This document shows, piece by piece, positions 8,630 to 15,388 of a stretch of 18,491 bases of DNA. The stretch spans positions 1-18,491 of the forward strand of contig JBHLOI010000063.1 of assembly GCA_048940645.1 (NCBI GenBank), given 5' to 3'. Positions within the stretch are counted from its first letter, which is position 1. Each line of letters opens with the position of its first letter. Below the pieces are notes generated by a model that did no database searches, had not been told where the DNA came from, and worked only from the letters and a program-made list of their open reading frames with translations. Made by a program: the position numbers and the translations under genes. The stretch comes from Promethearchaeota archaeon (lineage in GTDB: Archaea; Asgardarchaeota; Lokiarchaeia; Sigyniarchaeales; SOKP01).

Positions 8630-10204
8630 ATGATGGAACATAAAGAGGATGTTTTAAAATCTCGAATGTATGCAAGGCAACAATTAATTGACGGTTGGGA
8701 CCAACAAGCTCTTGAAAGTTCATGTATAATGATTGTTGGGGTTGGAGCTCTTGGATGTGAAATAGCTAAAGATTTTGCTTTAATGGGAATAGGGAAGTTA
8801 ATCTTAATAGATTTAGATACTATAGAAACTTCAAACTTATCACGGCAGATGTTATTTAGACCTGGAGATGAAGGTCGACCTAAAGCAGAGGTAGCCGCAG
8901 AACGGTTAAAAGAAATGAACCCATATTTAGAGGTTGATTTTTATTTTGAAAAGTTACAAAAATTACCCATGTCTGTATATGAAGAATCAGATGTAATTAT
9001 TGCCGCACTAGATAATTTTAACGCACGATTAGATTTAAATAAGATATGTCTTCGCTTGAAAAAGCCAATGATTGAAGGGGGAACTGTAGGTTTCGAGGGC
9101 CACGTCCAAATTGTAATACCTGAAGGATCTGGAATTGATTATAAAAATAGAGAGATTGAAATTGAAAAAATTGTAGAGAATAAGATGTGGGAAGTGGAAA
9201 GCCCTGAATATGTAGATGCTTTAAAAGAAATTGAAATCTTAGAGGATTTAATCGAGAAAATTAAAAGAGAAAAAATTGAACCCTTAAGAGACTACATTAA
9301 AAAGCAAGTTGAGATAGATTTTGATAAGGATTATGCCGAAAAAATTTTAAATTTAACTCCCTGTTATCGATGTCTTGTACCAATTCCTCCTGCTGATGAT
9401 AAATTAGTTGCAGCATGTACATTAAAAGGATTACCTAGGAATAGAAATCATTGTGTAATAAAAGCTGAAGTAAATTTTGAAAAAGAATATGGATTTAAAC
9501 CGGATATGAATGTGGATGACGACGTTATGAAGTTAAAACAAATTGCACAGGATGAATTGGAAGCATTAAGACAGCGAGTGTTTAATGAGAATGTTCCTCC
9601 TGAAAAATTGGAAACTCTTAGCCCTGAAGAAATCCAAGATTGGAAAAATAATATTAAGGAAACATTTGGTACGGATTTTAAGTTTGAAGAGATGGAGAAT
9701 ATACTTGGAAATAAAATTGCTGCTGTCCAATCAGTCAGTTCAGTAATAGCAAGTATACAATCACAAGAGGCATTAAAAATATTGTTAAGATTACATGGTA
9801 GAAATGTCGGACCTCCAATGGATCCTCCCTATGTTAATTATAATGGCGTGTATGGTCAATTTGATCACCTTGACATCATCAAGAGAGAAAATTGTCTAGC
9901 TTGTGGCAAAATAGAAGGTGAAGAGAACATACAAATAGTTGTTCCATTTGATGCTGATATCGGATATATTTTTAAAGCCATGAGAATAATTGGTCATGAA
10001 TTAGAACCGATATTATGGATGATTACAAACCCAGTCAACAAAGAATTATATTGGAATCCCTACATACCTTCTATGAAAGACCCTAATATTAAGTTAACAA
10101 CTTTCAAAATTAAAAATAATGATGTTATTACGTTAACACCATTAGGTCAAGCGAAGGTAGATTCAGATATTAAAAAATACAATGTAATTATAACCTACAT
10201 GTGA
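8630..10204 (+). CDS. Ubiquitin-like activating enzyme E1 (ThiF/MoeB fold, Uba2/Uba3-like catalytic-Cys type)
   Basis: YARQ, GVGALGCE, DLDTIETSNLSRQMLF, ALDNFNAR, IEGGTVGFEGHVQ. Zn pairs CYRC and CLAC. Catalytic motif ACTLKGLPRNRNHC (Cys263, codon 9416-9418). Probable C-terminal ubiquitin-fold domain. Confidence 0.9.
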   Translation: MMEHKEDVLKSRMYARQQLIDGWDQQALESSCIMIVGVGALGCEIAKDFALMGIGKLILIDLDTIETSNLSRQMLFRPGDEGRPKAEVAAERLKEMNPYLEVDFYFEKLQKLPMSVYEESDVIIAALDNFNARLDLNKICLRLKKPMIEGGTVGFEGHVQIVIPEGSGIDYKNREIEIEKIVENKMWEVESPEYVDALKEIEILEDLIEKIKREKIEPLRDYIKKQVEIDFDKDYAEKILNLTPCYRCLVPIPPADDKLVAACTLKGLPRNRNHCVIKAEVNFEKEYGFKPDMNVDDDVMKLKQIAQDELEALRQRVFNENVPPEKLETLSPEEIQDWKNNIKETFGTDFKFEEMENILGNKIAAVQSVSSVIASIQSQEALKILLRLHGRNVGPPMDPPYVNYNGVYGQFDHLDIIKRENCLACGKIEGEENIQIVVPFDADIGYIFKAMRIIGHELEPILWMITNPVNKELYWNPYIPSMKDPNIKLTTFKIKNNDVITLTPLGQAKVDSDIKKYNVIITYM

Positions 10205-10265
10205 GTTCCATAAGTTACTTTTTTATCATTTATCCTAAATATATTTAAAATTTTAATTTTAAGCA

Positions 10266-11096
10266 ATGATCAGACTAGTTTCAAGAGAAGAATTAGATTT
10301 TGCACTTAAATTAACAGAAGTTGAAGAATGGGGGACTTCTAAAGAAGAGCTAGAAGATATCTTTTTATTTTCCCCGCAAGGTTTTTTTATATCTGAATCT
10401 AAGGGCATACTTAATGGCATTGTTTCTACTGCATTTTATGGATCATTTGGAGTTATAGGAAATTTAATCGTTGTAAAAAAATTTAGACGGCAAGGATTTG
10501 GAAGAAATTTGATGAAATATGCGATTGATTACTTAAAATCTAAAGGTGCTAGAACAATTTTGCTTGATAGCGTACCCCAGATAATTTCTTTATACAAAAT
10601 GTTAGATTTTCAACCTATTTGTCGCTCTTTAAGATTAAAAGGGAATTTAGATTCCAAACCTGTTGAAAATGTGCGTTTAATGACTTTAAAAGATATTGAC
10701 AAAGTAATACAATTGGATCGAAAGCATTTTAGAGGAGATAGAGGATATTTTTTAAAAAGAAGATTTTCTCTTCATCCAAATTTATGTCATGTTTTAATTC
10801 GAAAGGACAAATTAAATGGATTTATAATGGGCATTCCAAAAGAGGACTGTATATTAGTGGGTCCTTGGATTGTCAATCCAAAAGAAGCTAAACCGCAACT
10901 ATTGCTTCAGAGTTTAGCAAATAATGTAAATTTAAATAAATTTCGATTAGGGATCCTCGAAAATAATAAGAGAGCGGTTAAATTAGCTCAAGATCTTAAT
11001 TTTGCCGAATACTTTTATTCAATAAGAATGATATATGGCAAGGCTTTTACCCATACTAATGGATTATTTGCTATAGCTGGTCCAGATAGAGGGTAG
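10266..11096 (+). CDS. GNAT-family N-acetyltransferase (tandem GNAT domains)
   Basis: Acetyl-CoA motif A 'LIVVKKFRRQGFGRNLM', then 'LYKMLDF'. A second degenerate GNAT domain carries 'LDRKHFRGDRGYFL' and 'VGPW'. Confidence 0.85.
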   Translation: MIRLVSREELDFALKLTEVEEWGTSKEELEDIFLFSPQGFFISESKGILNGIVSTAFYGSFGVIGNLIVVKKFRRQGFGRNLMKYAIDYLKSKGARTILLDSVPQIISLYKMLDFQPICRSLRLKGNLDSKPVENVRLMTLKDIDKVIQLDRKHFRGDRGYFLKRRFSLHPNLCHVLIRKDKLNGFIMGIPKEDCILVGPWIVNPKEAKPQLLLQSLANNVNLNKFRLGILENNKRAVKLAQDLNFAEYFYSIRMIYGKAFTHTNGLFAIAGPDRG

Positions 11097-11100
11097 ATAT

Positions 11101-11715
11101 TCAAGATTCTTTTCTAAATTCATTTACTAATTCTATTAATTCATCAACAAGTAAGGATTCTATCCCAGCATTTTGACCAGTAAGTAAATCTTTGTCCAAG
11201 TCTCCTATAAATACCATCTCTTCTTTTTTTACACCAAAGTACTCCTTAATTTTTAATAAACCTTCAGGTTCTGGTTTCCATTTTCTTATATCCTCTCTTC
11301 CTACAATAAAATCTATCTTTTCATAAATATTTGCTAATTTTAAGGATTCTATTATGGTTCTTCGCGTATTCAATGAAAGAACTGCTAATTTTGTATCTTT
11401 TTGGACTCCAAATAAACCTAAATTATTAATAAAAAAAATAGAATCCTCAATTGGAATATTTTCCTTTATATTTTCTAATTCATATCTTCTAATTATTTCA
11501 ATATTTTTTCTTAGTTCTTCCTCATCATTTCTTTCTACAATATTACTTAAACATGCTGAGATACTTCTAAATTGACATTCTTCTCGATAGTGCTCAGCAT
11601 ATCTTTCTGTCAAATCATCTTTTAAAGAACGCCAATCAGCAGCTAATTTTACAATTGTACCATCTAAATCAAATACTATTACTTTTTTATTTTTAAAAGA
11701 AAGTTTAGATTTCAT
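11101..11715 (-). CDS. HAD-superfamily hydrolase (phosphoglycolate-phosphatase-like)
   Basis: Motif I FDLDGT, motif II LSLN, KPEPEG, motif IV FIGDLDKDLLTGQNAGI. Confidence 0.9.
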   Translation of the reverse strand: MKSKLSFKNKKVIVFDLDGTIVKLAADWRSLKDDLTERYAEHYREECQFRSISACLSNIVERNDEEELRKNIEIIRRYELENIKENIPIEDSIFFINNLGLFGVQKDTKLAVLSLNTRRTIIESLKLANIYEKIDFIVGREDIRKWKPEPEGLLKIKEYFGVKKEEMVFIGDLDKDLLTGQNAGIESLLVDELIELVNEFRKES

Positions 11716-11821
11716 TGTATTAATTGATATGAAAAAACTCTATTTTTGAAAAATAAAATGTGAATTAACAAAAAAGGTTTTAGGTATAATAATAAAATAA
11801 GCACTTTTCACGCAGTTAATT

Positions 11822-11954
11822 TAGTATTTATGGCTCGATTTAATCGAGAAATTTCGAGACTCGTTAAATTGTGTGCACGAAGATCATTTTTGTGTGTAAT
11901 AGTGTGTGTAACAGCTACTTTGTAGCCGTATTATACGGAAAAATATAAATACTA
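11822..11954 (+). ncRNA. Candidate structured RNA / cis-regulatory element (multibranch, five hairpins)
   Basis: A perfect 10-bp closing stem (TAGTATTTAT 11822-31 / ATAAATACTA 11945-54) encloses five consecutive hairpins. G-U pairs favour the + strand. Family not recognised. Confidence 0.35.
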
Positions 11955-12005
11955 TTAAGGAATTAACATCTAATAATTTATCTAATAACTTAATAGGGAT
12001 TAATT

Positions 12006-12263
12006 ATGTTTTCTCTAGAAAATATTCTTAAAATACTCCTAGAGAAGGGGTATACATTTGAGGATATTAAAATTGAATTTCATAATGAGAAAATTTATAT
12101 AGAATTAAATAAACCACGCTATTTTATTGTAATAGATTTAGGGAAAAAAAGAATTCAATATTATTTCAGCGAACAAATTGGAAGGAAAGACGTTAGACTC
12201 ATTTCCAAAGCAGATTTACTTGATAAAATAGATGATTTATTATTCATATTTCAGCTTTTTTAA
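12006..12263 (+). CDS. Small hypothetical protein (85 aa)
   Basis: ATG-started ORF preceded by AGGGA. It overlaps no other gene and has a plausible alpha/beta pattern, but no motif was recognised. Confidence 0.5.
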   Translation: MFSLENILKILLEKGYTFEDIKIEFHNEKIYIELNKPRYFIVIDLGKKRIQYYFSEQIGRKDVRLISKADLLDKIDDLLFIFQLF

Positions 12264-12411
12264 AGAAATTGCTTTTGATGACACAAATATTTATGCTTAA
12301 CTCTGCATCCAATTCAAGTTCTTCATTTTTTATGCATTTTAAACCTTCTTTGGTGCAAATGGGAACATTTCTGATAAAAACATATTTAAATAGTCAGAAT
12401 AAATAAAGCTA

Positions 12412-12476
12412 CCGAAAACCTCGCAGGTTTAATTCTCCTATAACAATAATTTATTTATAGGTCTCATTTTTTTCGG
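12412..12476 (-). promoter_or_regulatory. Candidate SECIS-like stem-loop in the 3' UTR of the TGA-containing gene
   Basis: Minus strand reads CCGAAAA-AA-AUGA-GA-CCUAUAA-AUAAAUUAUUG-UUAUAGG-A-GA-AUUAAACCUGCGAGG-UUUUCGG. This gives two 7-bp helices, AUGA/GA flanking the inner helix, and AAA in the apical part. It begins 11 nt after the TAA stop. The geometry is not perfectly canonical. Confidence 0.35.
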
Positions 12477-12487
12477 GTTTAGGATTT

Positions 12488-12703
12488 TTACTCTCTATCT
12501 GTAATAACGTAGATTATGAGCAAAATTGCTACAATAATGGTAGATACTCCAAATGCTATGTAAATATTGCCAGTTCGATAATATCAGCCCCCTCATCCTC
12601 ACAACTGTAAACCTTTAGCAGAAAAGTAAGAGAAGAAACTCACCGTTGTAAAAAAAATTATCAAAGCAAATAGAATATTCTTTGTTAGTTTGTTTTTTTC
12701 CAT
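12488..12703 (-). CDS. Small two-TM membrane protein with three in-frame TGA codons (candidate selenoprotein)
   Basis: Manual translation: MEKNKLTKNILFALIIFFTTVSFFSYFSAKGLQL*G*GG*YYRTGNIYIAFGVSTIIVAILLIIYVITDRE-TAA. TGA codons lie at 12601-12599, 12595-12593 and 12586-12584. AAGGA lies 6 nt upstream of the ATG. Hydrophobic helices flank the TGA cluster on both sides. Confidence 0.65.
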
Positions 12704-12934
12704 CTTTATTCCTTAAAATTTGTTAAATCGTTTGGTTATTATAATTTAAGTAAAGTTGCCATTTAATACTTTTGACAAATCTATTAAATTCTAAATTCGG
12801 ATAAAAAATTTTATTTTGATTGATTTTTGAATAGCTATTTCAATTTACCTACACTATTGGGGTAAAGTACTTAAAAAATAAAATTTCATAAATTCAAAAA
12901 ATGAAAATAGGAAAGATAAAATACAAAAAATTAA

Positions 12935-13444
12935 TTAATCCATAGCATATTTCTTAGTCCAAGAAGCTGCTTTAGCTTCAAACTTCTTTAGAGCTCTAAA
13001 ATATTGTTCACCAGCTTCATGGTTTAAAGGGTCTCCAGGATTAAAGAAAGGAGGATCTAAATGCATCATCATCTTCAAGGCTTCTATGATGTTGGTTAGG
13101 GTTTTGCTTGGTGTCCATCCAGAAGCTCCTGTTCCAGCATCAACTTTTCCGACAAGATCAGGATTAATTAAATCTAAACAAATATTTAATTTGCCTGGAG
13201 GAATTGATGAATCGATATTAGGATGCCACATTAATGTAACAGCGTAAGCATAGGGAGGAGCAAAAGGATAATTATCTGGAAATTTTACTTCAAATACAAA
13301 TCTGCCTTTAGCATATGGTGTTCCTTCCTTCCCTAGAATTGTTAGCCTTAAATGGTCAATACTGCGCCCCCAAGGTTCAATGATAACGAATTGATCGTCC
13401 TTATAGGCTTCTAATGCTTCAGCATAGTCAGTTTCTTCTCTCAC
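12935..13444 (-). CDS. Ubiquitin-conjugating enzyme E2 (UBC fold)
   Basis: GTPYAKGRF, FPDNYPFAPP, WHPNI, NICLDLI (catalytic Cys89, codon 13180-13178), WTPSKTL, PLNHEAG, A..WTKKYA. GTG start, with an in-frame TAA 5 codons upstream. Confidence 0.93.
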   Translation of the reverse strand: MREETDYAEALEAYKDDQFVIIEPWGRSIDHLRLTILGKEGTPYAKGRFVFEVKFPDNYPFAPPYAYAVTLMWHPNIDSSIPPGKLNICLDLINPDLVGKVDAGTGASGWTPSKTLTNIIEALKMMMHLDPPFFNPGDPLNHEAGEQYFRALKKFEAKAASWTKKYAMD

Positions 13445-13696
13445 TCTACATACACTTTATTTGGTTGAATCACAAATATTAAATAAATAAAATATTTGGT
13501 TAAATAATTAGTTTAACTATTCTTTAAAAAATATTGCGAAAACATGAGTTTTTATATTAATTCGTATAAATTATTAAAAATGGAAAGATTGAAAAATCTT
13601 CTTTTTACTAATTATTAATTTCTTTAAATATTGTCATTTCTCAGCTAAAATCGTAAAAATTATATTAATTCAATAATTACAAATTATATTAATTGA

Positions 13697-13847
13697 CCCC
13701 CCTTAGCTCAGTCCGGTTAGAGCGCGCGGCTGTAGATATAATCACGTATTAAGGTTTTTACCAATGAAAATACGTCAGCCGATACCGTGAGGTCCCCGGC
13801 TCGAATTGCTTTTCCTTTTGGAATCAGCGAGATTCCGGGAGGGGGGA
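13697..13847 (+). tRNA. tRNA-Tyr(GTA) with two introns (37/38: 13736-13783; 59/60: 13806-13833)
   Basis: Acceptor stem CCCCCCT/AGGGGGG with A73 (C1:G72, archaeal/eukaryotic Tyr identity). D stem GCTC/GAGC, anticodon stem CGCGG/CCGTG with GTA at 13732-34, T stem CCCGG/CCGGG. Removing both introns gives a 75-nt cloverleaf. CCA is not encoded. Confidence 0.9.
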
Positions 13848-13992
13848 CTACTTTTAACATTTTTTTAAGTTTTAATAAGAAAAATATGTCTAATTTCTTG
13901 ATTTTTTTGATAATCAAGCGATATATTTAAATAAGATATTAAAGCATTTGATCATCAATAACATTTGATTATCTTCAGTGATAAGGAATCTA

Positions 13993-14307
13993 ATGCCTTA
14001 TTGTACGAATTGTGGTCAAGAAATTTCGGAGGAAGATTTTGAATTTTTTGAAAAAAAGTGTATAGACTGTGTACACGGAGTTAGCATGGATAAAGGACTA
14101 AAACTGACGTCAGGGGTTTGTATAAGTTTTTTTGGAGTTATATTCTTTATCTCATCATTAATATCAATTTTGCAGGTCATATTTGATAGTTATTACAGAT
14201 TAAAAATAAATTATAATATGATTCTACTGATATTGATATTTCATGGAATAAGCATAGTTTTGATTGCCATTGGTATTCAAAGAGTTCGAACCGGCCAATA
14301 TCAATAA
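13993..14307 (+). CDS. Zinc-ribbon membrane protein (N-terminal CxxC...CxxC, two TM helices)
   Basis: MPYCTNCG...KKCIDC followed by two hydrophobic segments. ATG 13993, with AAGGA 5 nt upstream, is preferred over the tracked GTG at 13978. Confidence 0.7.
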   Translation: MPYCTNCGQEISEEDFEFFEKKCIDCVHGVSMDKGLKLTSGVCISFFGVIFFISSLISILQVIFDSYYRLKINYNMILLILIFHGISIVLIAIGIQRVRTGQYQ

Positions 14308-14437
14308 GAATATGTGAATTTAATTAAGAAATGAAAATTCTTCATCTTATAGAACGCATAAAATCTAAATTTTTACTTCATAAAATTCTTATTTTAACAG
14401 CAATTATTCTATAATAGAAAAAGTTTTATTGAGATTA

Positions 14438-15355
14438 ATGAAGAAAAAAAATACTGCTGTGGTTGGTGCGGGCTGGTTTGGCAGAGCACACATTCGCAAT
14501 TTTTATAGTCTTTCCAATCTTGTCGGTATTTGCGATAGTGATAAAAAAAAGTTAGAGAATATTGGGGAAGACTATAGTGATGTAAATATCTATTCAGATA
14601 TTAATGAAATGATTAAAAATGAAGATATCAAAGCAGTAAGTATAGTTATCCCACCAAAGCAGATTCCTTTTATCGCAAAAAAGTTTGCAGATGAAGGGAT
14701 TGACATTTTAATGGAAAAACCAATGGCATTAAATTTAGACGATCTTGTAGCTTTTAAAAAATACGAAGATATTCGAATAATGCCTGGTTTTATTGAACTT
14801 TTTAATCCAGTTTATAATAAGTTAATAAACCATCTTCCTGAAATAGGAGAAATCATTTCAATAGCTTCAAAACGTATAGGCTTATATCCAAAAAGAGATT
14901 GGGATATGGGAGTAATACTTGATTTGTCGATTCATGACATTTATTTGCAAGAGAGATTAATTGGAAAAAACAAAATCATCAATGCTTTTGGGGTGAAAAA
15001 ATGTTTTAAAGATAATATACACGCTGACGCTGCATTTATTATTATAGATTTTGGGACAGCAATTGGTCAAATAGAATCTAATTGGCTAACACCCTCTAAG
15101 TTCCGGAGGATGTATGTAAATGGAGAATTTGGGGGATTGACGGTTGACTTTATAACTCAGGAAATTAATATTCGTAAAGGAATTGATTTACAAGGAGATT
15201 GGCCTGTAACACAGGATATTAGATATTCTCCACTAAGAGAAGATGAACCCTTGAGAAGGGAGATTGTTAATTTCCTTTATGATAAAAAGATGCTGGTTGA
15301 TTTAGATGACGGTATTAGAGCTTTAGATCTTGCTTTAAAAATCGTAAATAGTTAA
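14438..15355 (+). CDS. Gfo/Idh/MocA-family NAD(P)-dependent oxidoreductase (possibly nucleotide-sugar 3-dehydrogenase)
   Basis: VVGAGWFGRAH, MEKPMA, GFIELFNP, GVILDLSIHDI, SNWLTPSKFR, EPLRREI. ATG 14438 is preferred over the tracked TTG at 14429. Confidence 0.88.
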   Translation: MKKKNTAVVGAGWFGRAHIRNFYSLSNLVGICDSDKKKLENIGEDYSDVNIYSDINEMIKNEDIKAVSIVIPPKQIPFIAKKFADEGIDILMEKPMALNLDDLVAFKKYEDIRIMPGFIELFNPVYNKLINHLPEIGEIISIASKRIGLYPKRDWDMGVILDLSIHDIYLQERLIGKNKIINAFGVKKCFKDNIHADAAFIIIDFGTAIGQIESNWLTPSKFRRMYVNGEFGGLTVDFITQEINIRKGIDLQGDWPVTQDIRYSPLREDEPLRREIVNFLYDKKMLVDLDDGIRALDLALKIVNS

Positions 15356-15388
15356 TTTTATAAATTTTAGACTTAAGAGTGAAATAAA

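Noticed and set aside
10202-10213. E1 TGA stop as possible Sec (would give ...YM-U-VP-TAA)
   Set aside because: There is no redox motif context and no SECIS-like structure in the short gap before the GNAT; an ordinary stop is simpler.
12244-12396. About 50 open codons on the minus strand downstream of the SECIS-like hairpin, preceded by a TGA
   Set aside because: There is no start codon, an in-frame TAG lies five codons upstream of the TGA, and it overlaps the end of the 85-aa ORF.
12599-12703. 34-aa peptide ending at the first TGA, or a simple pseudogene
   Set aside because: Not excluded, but it does not explain three clustered TGA-only stops spaced by Gly and an intact second TM helix in frame up to TAA.
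13657-13694. 14-bp direct repeat AAATTATATTAATT upstream of the tRNA (possible att site or operator)
   Set aside because: It is pure A/T in very AT-rich promoter DNA. No integrase and no duplicated tRNA 3' end are present in the window.
13717-13917. Tracked 66-aa minus-strand ORF
   Set aside because: It is antisense to the GC-rich tRNA-Tyr gene, so it is a shadow ORF.
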